From NCBI GenBank assembly GCA_032718475.1, contig JAUCBJ010005028.1, positions 1-64,000 on the forward strand: a stretch of DNA of 64,000 nt, given 5' to 3'. Positions 11,861 through 23,111 of this stretch are shown here, in pieces (positions within the stretch are counted from its first letter, which is position 1; every line of letters starts with the position of its first letter). A program made the translations under genes and the position numbers. This DNA comes from Nemertoderma westbladi (Eukaryota; Animalia; Xenacoelomorpha). Under the pieces are notes generated by a model that had not been told where the DNA came from, searched no databases, and worked only from the letters and a program-made list of their open reading frames with translations.

Positions 11861-12169
11861 TAAATATTTATAAATAAATATTTTATTTTCCTTTCTCCCA
11901 TTTTCCTCTCATATGTATGTCCAGCTTGATATTATCTTCCAAAAAACTTGTAATCTACCGATTGTGTGGGCCAATCCCATAACATTTTGTATATGAAAAA
12001 TTTTATGGGCCATTAATTTGAAAAAAAAACTTAGTTAGGTAAGGTGGGGTATAAAAATACCCCATATGTTGCTGTATTGAATAACGTTACGGTGCTCGTT
12101 TAGGGCTAGAAGCATGTTTTAACTTTTATGACCAAATTAGCACTATTATGAAGCTACTGTATGGCCTAT

Positions 12170-12995
12170 ATTACTCGCGAGCCTCGCGGACCTAAGCAAT
12201 TTATTTTAGGTTAGAATGTTTCGAGAGTAGCACCATTGGAATCAGCGTCCTCGAAAACCTCAGTTATTACAAAGAAAATTAATATAGATTAACAAGATAT
12301 AGCTTGACAAAATAATAAAACATAAATAAATGAACAGTAGGGGCCTAAGTAACCTATCGATATACTATACTGTATGTGGGGCGAGCCACGAAGTGAGCGA
12401 AGCCTCAGCATATGGGTGCCATTAACGAGTTGTCTGGCGCCGCCGTCTGTCGTCGTCGTCTGTCGCCGCCGTCTGTCGTCGTCGTCTGCGTCTGTCGTCG
12501 TCGTCTGTCGTAAATTTTTGATCGCTAATAACTCGGTTATTCTTTGATGAAATCAAACGAAACTTGGTATGTATGTAGTCCGACAAAAGTTTAGAAAGAA
12601 TCTGAAGTTTCGTCAAAAACGAACGAACGCAACGAGGCACAAGAGGAGGACGAGTATTGTGTTGAAGACTTCTGACTAACGGCAGACAACTCGTTAATGG
12701 CATCCATATGCTAAAGGCTTTGCTCACTTCGTGCGAACGTGTACTTTATATGAAGTGAGTTATTGCTAACCGAGTTGAACCCACAAATCTAAAAATTCTT
12801 TTCGAAAACAGTACAATTAATTGAATTAAAACAATAGACATAAATAATCTAATAGTCACCTATGATAGGGATACAATACAAGCAATGTTATAGTTAAATT
12901 AATTAATTAAAATTAAGAGAAATAAGATAAATTATGAAAGAGGTGTCAATTAATGAAACCTTATGCCTTGTACGGCTCTGCGCCGCTTAGAGCTA
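12170..12995 (-). repeat. Interspersed repeat copy B (inverted partner of 7350-8090)
   Basis: Reverse-complement match to copy A, interrupted by a different nested element at 12387-12733. Confidence 0.75.
12387..12733. mobile_element. MITE with CAC...GTG termini and about 50-bp TIRs
   Basis: CACGAAGTGAGC..GCATATGGGTGCCATTAACGAGTTGTCT / AGACAACTCGTTAATGGCATCCATATGC..GCTCACTTCGTG. Near-TSD CGAGC/CGAAC. Internal (GTC)n. Confidence 0.7.
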
Positions 12996-13537
12996 ATTGA
13001 CACTCATCGGGTCTTGAAAAATAACGCAAGTGTTAAAAATATCGCGAGTAAAAATTACTCTCGATATTTTTACTCTTGATATTTTTACTCTTGATATTTT
13101 TACTCGCGATATTTTTACTCTCGATATTTTTACTCAATAAATTTTAAGCCGCGATATTTTTGAATTTTTCAACACGCGATATTTTTACTCGCGATATTTT
13201 TCATTTCTCGATATTTTTCAATATAATAACACTTGTAACTATAGATCTATACATATACAGTATGTGTTGTAATATGTTGTAATATATTAATATGTATGTA
13301 GTATATCGTTATTACTGCCAAAATAGGCTTAAGAAACCATTCTGGTTCATACATAGAGGCCCGGTTACCGAGTAGATTACCGAATTTTTGACATCCTACC
13401 CATTTATGTACAAGTAATGTATGGACATGTATGGAATCATCTGTGAGGGTTGACTTTATTCTTCAACTACAGGTCTGAAGTACAATAGTCTGACACTGCA
13501 CACTACTGTCACTGAGAAGCAACATTAATTACACATA

Positions 13538-13885
13538 ATGGCATCTGAAATATTAGTAAATGAATCCGAAGACAATATACCAGTTCAATGGATACAAAAT
13601 GTTTTACAAACATTCTACAGGAAATCTATAAATATTCAATCTGTTCGGTTGAGGCCATTGGCAACAAGTCGCGGATGGATGAGTGAAGTCCTGGAGATCA
13701 GAGTTATTTACAAGGATGAGTTATCTGATACCCCAATTCAACTTGATATGATAGCTAAACGTATGCCGGGTGAAGATGCTCTCGAAGGTGTTGCTAAAGA
13801 AATACGTATCGACGTTCTTGAGGCAAGGTTCTATAATGTTGTTCTGCAACTTTTGGAGCAGCTTATTAAAGACCATGTTAGAAAT
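13538..13885 (+). CDS. Ecdysteroid kinase-like (EcKL/DUF227, CHK-like) protein, coding exon 1
   Basis: Motifs GWMSEV...MIAK...E.RFYNVVL. Donor AAT|gttagt (phase 0). An upstream acceptor at about 13472 suggests a 5' UTR exon. Six exons join in frame: 1260 nt = 419 aa + stop. Confidence 0.8.
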
Positions 13886-13998
13886 GTTAGTAAACAAGAA
13901 AATAATAATAGCAGCGATGCTAATAATATTCCCGGAGATATTATTGCTAAACAAATAATTAGATGCATTGATGGGTGGTATTCATGGCAATATTGCTC

Positions 13999-15247
13999 TG
14001 TTCGCGCTTTCAGACCTTTAGCAGTTTAACCTGCCAAATTTGGATGTCTTCTAGATAATAAATCGACTTTAGCCTATGACGAGTATTTGATACACTACAT
14101 TAGCCGAAGCCAGTCTATGCGCGACCATTCACCCGCTGGATATACCCGGGAGACTGGATTCGGAAGCCTAACCTTATTGCTGTGTAGGCCTACTGTATTA
14201 TTCGACTGATCGTAATATATAATCTCTGACAAATATTATTCACTTTCGGGAAATATTAACAGTTCCTTTAGGACGTGGCGCTCTAAATATGTAAACAGAG
14301 TTATGACTTAAACTAGACACAACGGGATGGCTATGGATTCACGTATATAGCGCTTTCTTTAGGAGATGCTTTGTTATCAGTCACAATCATACACACTACT
14401 GCACAATGCTGCACACCGATCTGCCGACCTTCACTAATTTTAGTCACATATAAAGAGAACAACAACCGACTCATGTAGTGCCTATGAAATAGCATTAGAT
14501 TCAATCCAAAACCACTTTAATGTAAGTCGCAATTGTTATATGTAACCGGTCTCTCTTACCTTCAGTATATCAAGAAGATTGAGGGTTTTATAATTATTTA
14601 TCGATATTCCAAATATAATAATATTCCATCAACTGATATAATGAATAACCGACAGTAAATAGCAGTAAAAATGCGGTGTTTGTAGTTGACAATATGATTA
14701 GGTGAGTTATGTTATGATTGATTTGTTAAGATAACATATATACGTTTCTATGATTAAGCCTACTAATGTTGGGCTAAAGCCTGAAACAACAGAGATTCCA
14801 AAGCCGGTCTTCTAGGCTCGGGAAAACCAACACAACTGATCCCTCTGGGCTGTTGTAGGTATCTTTCAACACAAAGAGAAACAGCTCTCATTGGCCGAGT
14901 TCCAGATTCTGTAGGTTCTACGAATGTCTAAATGCCGAACTATTCGGGTTTTTGCAGCCCATATTCAACACAAGGCGAAATCGCTCTGATTGGTGGATCA
15001 TTGTTCTGATTGGTTGATCGAACAGAACAAAGAGCCTATAGGCGTACAGCAAATCGGTTGGTAGATTGCGTCATTTGAGTTAGGTAGTTTAGAGTATTTG
15101 AGCGCATTGTGGGAAAACTGGCTTTTTATGTCCGCTAAAGCACACATGCAGACACAGCGGATAAATCGCTAGTTATGTCCTCTAAAAACACCTTACACAG
15201 TACATTGCGGAGAAAAGGGCCAGTTATATCCCACAAAAGCTTTTACA
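13999..15247 (-). repeat. 3' LTR
   Basis: TGTTCGCG...TTTTACA. About 9 substitutions versus the other LTR by eye (about 99% identical). A short purine tract GGGAGCGG precedes it on the minus strand. Confidence 0.95.
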
Positions 15248-15469
15248 CCGCTCCCAGAAAATGGGATTTAATTCTATAAAATATAAAAAAATCACAGTTT
15301 CTAAAATATAAAAATACTCTAAACAGCTAGTCTTTCTTGCGCGGACGGCATTTACGCAGTTTTTTTGAGGCTAGCAAGAGTCCTTTTCTCTTTGGGGCGA
15401 GCCACTTTACTAGGAGGGCTGTAACTCCTGGGTGAAGGGTGCAATACAATTGCATCAGAAGGTTTAGGG

Positions 15470-16687
15470 TTACGGTCGATGTCTCGTCCATTTCGATATG
15501 CTTCTCCTCGAGCTGATTTTCCTCCGCTTATTGTTGGATGCGTTCGTCCAAAACTCTTGCAGAGAATAGGGTCGACGAAGTTCGATATCTTCTTAGAGAT
15601 TCTGAATTTCCTGATCGAACTGAGATAAAATTAATTCGTTTACCACTTGGACTTGCTGCTGCAATTTACGTTTCTCTAAACAATTGTAGGTTCATTTTCC
15701 GATCTTTTGACGAATAGTGTCCAACGCGTTTCGTACAACTCTTTCCTCCGCTTCGGTGACAGGTTGTATCGGGTTAAACAGGGACGATGATACGGTTGAA
15801 TGGCGATATTAGCTGTCCGCGTCCCAATCCGACTAAGTAAGATGGGTGAATATTTAGGGCGCCCACAACCGGAGTGCCACCGACTAACTGTTCGGGTAAC
15901 ACTAGATCTTTGAACAGTGAGTACAGTTCGGGAGGATCCGTGATACTATTAGGATCAAGAGTCTGAGGTCTAACTAGGGAATGAGGAGGTCTGACCGAGT
16001 ATTCCGGAACTCTGATCATAGGTTTATTTAAGGATCGTTTGAATCGAGCGAGCGTAGGTGATACATCGAACAAGTTTCGCTCGAAACTCCCGTAAATATA
16101 GCGAGTAAAACTGTGTTTAAAGCAACGTCTCCGTGGATGTTTATGTCTTTCCGTTTGTTGGTTGGGTCTTGGGCATTCATCGCAATAATACCAAAGACGC
16201 ATGTATTGTAGGGGAAACGCGGGTGATATTTATTCGGTGTTACAACATTTCTCTCAAGAATTCCAAATATACGTTAGAGTTACTGCGTTTATCCGGTTCT
16301 TTAACGTCTTCTCTTTCGAGTCAATTTCGAATATAATTTTTACATTCGATTTTCAGTTTATCGTTCCGACTCCGCTGGGTAGGATACTCAAAACAGTACC
16401 ATTTCCCTTTCGGTGTCGACATCGTCCGTATCGTGTAAATCGATAGGATGACTAGTAGTTAAGAAGTCCATATAAATACCATTACAATGCGTATAGCGAG
16501 CGGTGAATTTTCTATAGTCCAATTCATGCGTAAGTTGCTCCTGGGACATTGGCGGTTCGATATAACGACCATCGTCCTCCGTAGTAGTTGGACCAGCGTC
16601 GCTGCGTATCAAGCTATCAACAAACGCTTGTAAAGGTAGAGTATATCGCTCCCTGATACGAAGATCATCTTCTATCAACTCAGTCAT
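15470..16687 (-). pseudogene. Decayed accessory ORF of the LTR element (env position), unknown function
   Basis: Protein-like segments MTELIEDD...(16687-16388), LEREDVKEPDK..., MRLWYYCDEC...(16202-15774) and NPIQPVTEAEERVVRNALDTIRQK*...QEIQNL*, broken by stops and frameshifts. No recognisable domain. Confidence 0.4.
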
Positions 16688-17504
16688 ATCTGCTATATGA
16701 GTTTATCAATATTATAATGAGTTTATATTTAGGCTAGCGGGCGTCGCTGCCTACCCCTCTCGGCCCCCGGACAGCGCAAGATCCTCAGCGCTGGTGTACT
16801 TTCGCCGATGTGCCTGTCGCCAACGTCGTAGCTGCACAACGACCACAACAACCAGCGCGAGTCACTCCACCGTCCGTCCCAAAGGCTTAGATTTACTTCA
16901 GGTTCTTACTGGAGAGTTAGGGCTACTTTCACAATTGCGACTCGCTACTGTAAACACACTTTAGTAGTAACATTCACCTATAAACGCACAAATTCCACAC
17001 AACTGTCACAAATTGTACACATTCGGGCCATTTGTCCGTTAGTCAGTGCCTTCCAGAATGCCACGTTATTATAGGGTATCCTGGGATACTAGCAGTGTGC
17101 TATTTATTCCTTATGCTATTCAATGGGCAAGCTTTATTGTTCTTTTAACTCACTTCTAATTCTAGCGTGGTTGTTGCCATGGTGACATTATGGAAAGCTA
17201 GCGGTAGAATTAGGGTAATTCTCATGCATACAGATCTGGGATGCTATTTAATAGTAATTCTTTAATTGTCAATATTTATCTTTATACATGATTTTATGAA
17301 TTTTATCGGCTATTGACTATATATTGGAGATTCTCGCACACTAATATACTTAATAGGGTGAATCTCCGCTCCCATGATCTATTAATTTATGAAATTTTGG
17401 GAATGTTATAAATTGTATAAAAATGACAATTTATCAAATTCATTAAAATATGAATTTAAATTTATTCCCGTAAATTTTATTATTTAATATTAAATAGACA
17501 CAAT

Positions 17505-17770
17505 TTTATTCCAGAACATGTCTGGGGACTGGGATCCTTGATTCTAGGAAATTGATCTTTTTAAGAATATCGGTAAGTGCTACGATATCTTAATAGACTA
17601 GAATTTTAAAGGATCTAAAATTTGACAGATTTTATAAATATTAATAGTTAATATTTAGGATGGGCACCAGTTTATTCCAGAACTTGTCTGGGGACGTTAA
17701 CCATTGATTCTAGAATTTTGTCTTTCAAGTATATCGGTGGGTGCCGCGATATCTTAATCGACTAGAATTA
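17505..17770. repeat. Two diverged repeat copies (about 166-bp spacing), each with a hairpin
   Basis: TTTATTCCAGAAC.TGTCTGGGGAC...ATTCTAG...ATATCG..CGATAT...CTAGAAT at about 17506 and 17672. Confidence 0.7.
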
Positions 17771-18320
17771 CAGATGGTCAAAGGGTTTAACAGATTTATT
17801 TGCGTTGTACGCTACTGTTAAAGGGACATCACGCTACTATATGTATTATTTAATATACGGTATGAGAGCAATATCGCACGAAGCAATGTCAGTGAGAAGA
17901 GGCAAGTCGTTTCCAAGGTCTACCCAGAGCTTGGTTTAGCCAAGACACAAGGATCTGAATTTTGCATTCCTAATACTCTACTTACCAATAATACTTGAAT
18001 ATAGTAGGAGCTTTATTGTACTTTAATAAGTACGGATATTTCATCTTACTGTAGTCACGTATTTATAATGTAATACGGACAGTAAGGAAAGAGGAAAAGA
18101 ATTATTTCTCGCCATCGCACTAAATATATAATATATAAGTAATTAAGTAATAAACGCGAATATATATTGCACTAATCTACTAGATAATCGCTAAAATAAC
18201 ATTCTACTAAATAAAATTAAAGAAAACGATTATAATAAAATTACATAATAATACATACATAAATATAAAATAATAAAAACAAATATAAATAATATAGTCA
18301 CACACCCACTCCAGACGATG

Positions 18321-21170
18321 TTACGTTGGGGAGTCCCTAGATGTTTGTTGGATTAGGGAGGTGGTCGTGGGAAGAGTATCTTGCCTTCCATAGTTTCCGG
18401 ACAGTTCTCGGTCTCTTTCCAGTAAACATAAACGACCAACTGGGCGATTGAGCTGCTGTGTCTCGAAGACAATTTCAGGTTTCCTCTTCGTCCTGGAATA
18501 GTGACGATAGAAACATCGCTTCAAATACACGACGGCCTTACAAAGCCGATTCCAGGATCTATAGTGGTTCATCGCTCCCAGCAGGAGAGGTGAGAGTCCC
18601 GGCGAGACGTCTGGTGTTCCAGATCTCCAGTCTCTCTCTCTGATCTCCACAACAGATCGGTTCGTGGTGGGGGAGTTTAGATCCACAGTGTCGTCCCTGG
18701 CAATGTGTAGTACAGACAGATCTATCACGGGTTTAAATAACCTTGATTTACTCGTCCGGGTTTTAGGCTTGACTTTCTCCGCTCCCTTGGCTTGTCTAAT
18801 CTCAGCCGTGGTAAGATGGGGAGGCCATTCATCTCCTTTACTTAGGAAGTCGGGTCCACCTAACCAGTCTGGAGTATCTGTCAGTTCTTGAGGAGTTGCT
18901 CCTCTGGAAGCGATCTCGGCTAGATTAATCGTCTCGGGGCAATGTCTCCATTGATCTACATTGGAGTTAATATCGTCATTATCTGAGGAGTATGGTGTTC
19001 CCTCAGCTGGGTCGTCTACCTCACTGCTCTCCGCTTCCCATTCACTTACTTGGTATACCCGTTCTTTTGGTAACCTTTCTATGAGAGTTCTACGGGAAGG
19101 GCCAGTAAAGTACCAACCCACTCTAGTTCTTCCCGCATAAGCTTGTAGTGGTTGCGGTTGAGCAGGCCGTTTCTCCAATGTCTCGAGCGCTTCATGCGCG
19201 TTTTGACCGATGAGTATTTGCACTCCAGGGTAATCGGTGTTGAATCGGGGTATTTCAAGCTGCTGGGTGAAATCGTCCTCATCCCAGTTATAAGGTTCCA
19301 CTTGGCTGGTAGCGAAGTTATTTATCGCCACCATTTTTACTGACCTTATACTATGTTCTCCTAGTTCATCCTGGGGGGTGGACAACGCACCTACATAATA
19401 ATCCGCTATTACTGTAGATTTCCAAACCTGCATAATTCCTGACATATTTAGCTTAGTTCGGAACTTGGGTTGTCCAGCAAAGATGTCTTCGGCTAGTTCT
19501 TTGTCGATGAATGTTCCTGTGCTACTGGAGTCAAGGAGGGCGTTCACTATATAACTCCTTTTAGGTCCGTGGACCCTTAACTGCACTACTGGAAATTCTC
19601 TGATTCCTACATTGGAAGTTGGTGCTTTCCAAGATGGTTGTCGTTCAGAAGTAGTTAGGGTGAGGTCGCTGTCTGTGTCTTTTTCATACGTAAGTGCTCG
19701 ATATACTGCGGTATTTATCATGTAACAGGATTCATCTTCGTCGGAGAATTCATCCGTATAGAATCCTTCCATCTCAGAACCTTGGTCAGTGTCGTTCACA
19801 TCACTGAATTGGACATGTAGTTCGGAATCACTTACCTGACTCGGGCTGTTTCGTTCGAATTCAGTGTGCAATAAGAGATGATGTTTTGCACCGCATTTCG
19901 CACACCTTGCGTCGGAGTAACAGGTTCGCCATTGGTGTCCTTGTCTGAGGCAATTATAACACAACCGCTTATCCCACATGACTTCCCGTCTATCCTTTAA
20001 TGATTTCCTTAGGAATTCATCACACACATTCAAACGGTGGGTCCCGTCACATAGCGCACATTTCGGTTTGATGTTACTTACCTTATTTTGAGTAACATTG
20101 TGCACACTCGTTCTTTCTTCAGGCTTTCTTAACTGAATTCTCTTAGGAGACGTTGGAGGAGTTTTTCTTACCTGTTCTCTCCTGTCATTGGTTCGAGACT
20201 TGAATTTACTTACCTGTTCTTTAGGCGTTTTATTGACATAATAAGATCTTTCAGTGTCTTTCCCGCTGTCCTCTCCTTGAGAAGCCTGGCTTTCGCCATC
20301 GTCGGTATAACACACTGGTGTTACCTTTCTCCTAGAAACGGGTTTCTCACTTACCTTGTTTTCCGGTGTCTTCTCTCTGGACTGCCTTAGGAGCTGTAAT
20401 TTCACTTCTCCATCTAAGAATGACATGAGATCAGCCATGGTAGGGTCTCGTCGTTGTTGTTCCATCATATATAACACTTTCTTATCCCAGCGTGTACCTA
20501 CTCCACCCTTCGGTAAAGTAGAAGCCACGGCTCCAATAACCATAGAACTCTGATATTCATGAGACTTACCTAGCCAATCTAATTGTCTACAGATCTCTTG
20601 AATCTCATCGGAAAACTCTATTATCCCGCTGCTAATGAACTTTCGGGGCGCTACTAATTTTGCATACAAATATTTAGCTATGTTATTCCTATTGCCATAC
20701 CTGATGTTTAGTGTATCCCAAACTTGTCTTAATCCATCTGGATGTCCAATATACTTTAACGCCATTAACTTGGGAGATCCTTCCAAACACTCGATGAGGA
20801 ATCTAAGTTTCTCTCCACTAGATAGCACAGAGTTCTGTATGTTATCTTTGTAATATTCATTAAAAGGTAACCATTTCATCTCATCTCCATTGAACTTGAC
20901 TATCTCTCCCACCTTTACCTCTTGACGGGCTTCGGTTCTAGCCATTTGACGCGTAAAACTTTCTTGGGCCATCGTGTTATTTAATATCGAGTTATCGGTA
21001 TATAAATTTCTCGGATTATGATCAGGTCTATAGGGAATATCATTGTCAACAGGTTTATAATTACACTTAATAGGGTTCACTATAGGAGTTTCTACTTCAC
21101 TAGCAGTATAGATGCGTGTAGGCTCCACACCTTGCGCATGAGATAGTTCAGACCTAACAGGTTGACACAT
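18321..21170 (-). CDS. gag: BEL/Pao Gag (DUF1759-like, zinc knuckles) plus aspartic protease, fused in frame to the RNase H tail
   Basis: FNGDEMKWLPF...EKLRFLIECLEG; CALCDGTH, CYNCLRQGH....C and CAKCGAKHHLLLH; ALLDSSSTGTFI; then QWRHCPETINLAEIASRG..WLGGPDFL..EWP and YRSWNRL. Confidence 0.9.
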   Translation of the reverse strand: MCQPVRSELSHAQGVEPTRIYTASEVETPIVNPIKCNYKPVDNDIPYRPDHNPRNLYTDNSILNNTMAQESFTRQMARTEARQEVKVGEIVKFNGDEMKWLPFNEYYKDNIQNSVLSSGEKLRFLIECLEGSPKLMALKYIGHPDGLRQVWDTLNIRYGNRNNIAKYLYAKLVAPRKFISSGIIEFSDEIQEICRQLDWLGKSHEYQSSMVIGAVASTLPKGGVGTRWDKKVLYMMEQQRRDPTMADLMSFLDGEVKLQLLRQSREKTPENKVSEKPVSRRKVTPVCYTDDGESQASQGEDSGKDTERSYYVNKTPKEQVSKFKSRTNDRREQVRKTPPTSPKRIQLRKPEERTSVHNVTQNKVSNIKPKCALCDGTHRLNVCDEFLRKSLKDRREVMWDKRLCYNCLRQGHQWRTCYSDARCAKCGAKHHLLLHTEFERNSPSQVSDSELHVQFSDVNDTDQGSEMEGFYTDEFSDEDESCYMINTAVYRALTYEKDTDSDLTLTTSERQPSWKAPTSNVGIREFPVVQLRVHGPKRSYIVNALLDSSSTGTFIDKELAEDIFAGQPKFRTKLNMSGIMQVWKSTVIADYYVGALSTPQDELGEHSIRSVKMVAINNFATSQVEPYNWDEDDFTQQLEIPRFNTDYPGVQILIGQNAHEALETLEKRPAQPQPLQAYAGRTRVGWYFTGPSRRTLIERLPKERVYQVSEWEAESSEVDDPAEGTPYSSDNDDINSNVDQWRHCPETINLAEIASRGATPQELTDTPDWLGGPDFLSKGDEWPPHLTTAEIRQAKGAEKVKPKTRTSKSRLFKPVIDLSVLHIARDDTVDLNSPTTNRSVVEIRERDWRSGTPDVSPGLSPLLLGAMNHYRSWNRLCKAVVYLKRCFYRHYSRTKRKPEIVFETQQLNRPVGRLCLLERDRELSGNYGRQDTLPTTTSLIQQTSRDSPT

Positions 21171-21699
21171 TGTTACCCTTTTGTGTATTTACTAATTTAT
21201 CGCGTTCTAACGCGATACTTTGCTGCACTTCTTGCAACTCTAACCTACTTTCCCTTACTGTGCCCTTGAACTGCTTAACAGTCTCCTGCATCTGCCCGAG
21301 CAGGAGATCCATCCCCCGCCGTCTCTCATCCACCCACTCGACCGCCGAAGCGGGAGCCACCAACGTTGTAGCAGGCGGACGAGGGACAACGGGCAACAAA
21401 TCATTAATATTTCGCTCGGAGTCCAGGACATGAACTGTCTCATGGGCCGTTCTGCTGGGCACAGGTAGCTTAGTGCTGTGCAGAGGGAATTTAGAGGTAG
21501 GTTCAGGGAGTACAGGTGTCTCTATCACCGAAGGGGTGGCTTCGAGAACAGGCCTAATTATTTCAGGCTCATCTACTATAGTAGGGAGTCTTTCTACTTT
21601 AATTATTTGGTCTGTGGGTTCTGTACTACCTAAGTCTGTGCTAGCTAGTTGCCTTCTAACAGCTAGGGGCAAATCAGGCAATTTCTGATGGTGGGACAT
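21154..21699 (-). CDS. Pro-rich/coiled-coil ORF (probable middle segment of Gag)
   Basis: 181 aa; its frame is open from about 21847. It overlaps the downstream gag ORF by 17 nt and ends in a coiled-coil-like stretch. Confidence 0.6.
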   Translation of the reverse strand: MSHHQKLPDLPLAVRRQLASTDLGSTEPTDQIIKVERLPTIVDEPEIIRPVLEATPSVIETPVLPEPTSKFPLHSTKLPVPSRTAHETVHVLDSERNINDLLPVVPRPPATTLVAPASAVEWVDERRRGMDLLLGQMQETVKQFKGTVRESRLELQEVQQSIALERDKLVNTQKGNNVSTC

Positions 21700-21713
21700 T
21701 CTTCTGCGTCTGC

Positions 21714-22976
21714 TTAGGCGAGATCGATAAGCGATAGGCGAGATGCTGCCGCTTTTCTTTCCGCTTCTGCCGCTGCTACTGCTGCTGTCACTGCCGCTGT
21801 CTTTCTGTCTTCTATACGTTTTTTCTTTACTTGTTCTTCTTGGACTCTAGCGATGCGGAGGCGTTCATCAAATTTAGCTTGGTTCGCAGCTCTCATATCC
21901 GCATCGATTGCGTCCAACACAAGCTTGGCTCCTTCACTATTAGGGCTAAGTCCATCCAGCCGTCTCCTCAACTCTTCGTCACCTACAAAGCGTTGATAGT
22001 CTGACAGATAGATGTCAATAGCATCCCTCTTATGCGGTTTCTCTGCTGTCGCTTCACTTTCCACTTGGGAAAAGATAGCGTCTGTTGATTCTCCAAGGGT
22101 TGAGCGCTCATCTAACTGAGATTTCCACGGGGCAGTTCTTTGAACTTGGAGACTCACCCGCTGTAACCAAGTCTTTACGGCAACTTGCAACGACGTGTCT
22201 TGTCTTCTTTTCGAAGCCTCCTCAAAGGCCGATAGGATTAGTCTGATTCTTAGAATTCTTTCTCGAACTTGATAAAGCAGCGCTCCCTGCTCTTGAGGTC
22301 CTTGTGGTTGTCTAAACAATTGTTCCTCTAATCGCTCCATGGAGCTGAAGAATCCCTGTACGTATCCGGCTGCTGACCTCTTCCATACAGCTGGATCGCT
22401 GGTTTCCTTTGTCACTCCCATCCTGTGTATGTCTTCCCAGGCAGCTTCCGATAAGTCAAACGGGAGTCCGGGTCCGGGGAAGTTCCATTGCGACTCGACA
22501 ATAGACTTCAGTTCTTCCCTTGTATATCCCGCATAACTATCCTTGGTCCATCGCTTACTTCTCGCCCAATCAATCTGGTGTTCCTCCACCGCAATCAATA
22601 CCCTAGTGAGTACGGCTGCAGGAAGGATGAGAAGGGGATCCGAATAAACCGCATCTGCCATCTTTGCTCCGCACTCGGGTGTCAGCTCTACAGTATCTGC
22701 ACTACTGGAGCTGTCGGGCCGCTGAGAAATAAGTTCTCGGCTCGAGTGTTGCTGCTGTTCCGCTGCTTCTTGGTCTCGCTTGACTTGAGCTCGAGTGCCT
22801 ATGATAGACCTACGGTGTTGGACTAGCCTCGGGTCTGATACTACTACTGGAGGGATGATCTTTCTTACAGTAGGAGGTGAGTTGAACTTCGGTCTCACAC
22901 GTTCCACACTCCTATCTGGGTCACAGATGGTTATATCTAAGAGACTGTCTGACAGGTTTTGCTTTGTGTCGGACAT
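21714..22976 (-). CDS. 420-aa helical/coiled-coil ORF (probable Gag N-terminus)
   Basis: Long ORF in the element's sense orientation, in the same frame as the 21170 ORF. No recognised domain. Confidence 0.7.
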   Translation of the reverse strand: MSDTKQNLSDSLLDITICDPDRSVERVRPKFNSPPTVRKIIPPVVVSDPRLVQHRRSIIGTRAQVKRDQEAAEQQQHSSRELISQRPDSSSSADTVELTPECGAKMADAVYSDPLLILPAAVLTRVLIAVEEHQIDWARSKRWTKDSYAGYTREELKSIVESQWNFPGPGLPFDLSEAAWEDIHRMGVTKETSDPAVWKRSAAGYVQGFFSSMERLEEQLFRQPQGPQEQGALLYQVRERILRIRLILSAFEEASKRRQDTSLQVAVKTWLQRVSLQVQRTAPWKSQLDERSTLGESTDAIFSQVESEATAEKPHKRDAIDIYLSDYQRFVGDEELRRRLDGLSPNSEGAKLVLDAIDADMRAANQAKFDERLRIARVQEEQVKKKRIEDRKTAAVTAAVAAAEAERKAAASRLSLIDLA

Positions 22977-23111
22977 GTTTGTTTGTACAGTTGAATGCCT
23001 ACTGCTATATTACAGTTAAAGCAAGTCTAGTAATTCAGTATCAACTGTTAGCCTAGTAATTAATTACCGATACTGCTACTCAGTGTAGCGTGATATATAT
23101 ATAATATATTA

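Noticed and set aside
13030-13220. GATATTTTTACTC(G/T)C repeats upstream of EcKL
   Set aside because: Probably a subterminal remnant of a DNA transposon; no paired end or TSD found.
13886-14029. C-terminal part of the 163-aa ORF
   Set aside because: Read-through past the gttagt donor into the intron and LTR; only the 13885 donor matches the phase of exon 2.
16735-16880. GC-rich island as an HDV-like or hammerhead ribozyme
   Set aside because: I could not build the required pairings; motif order and spacing are wrong.
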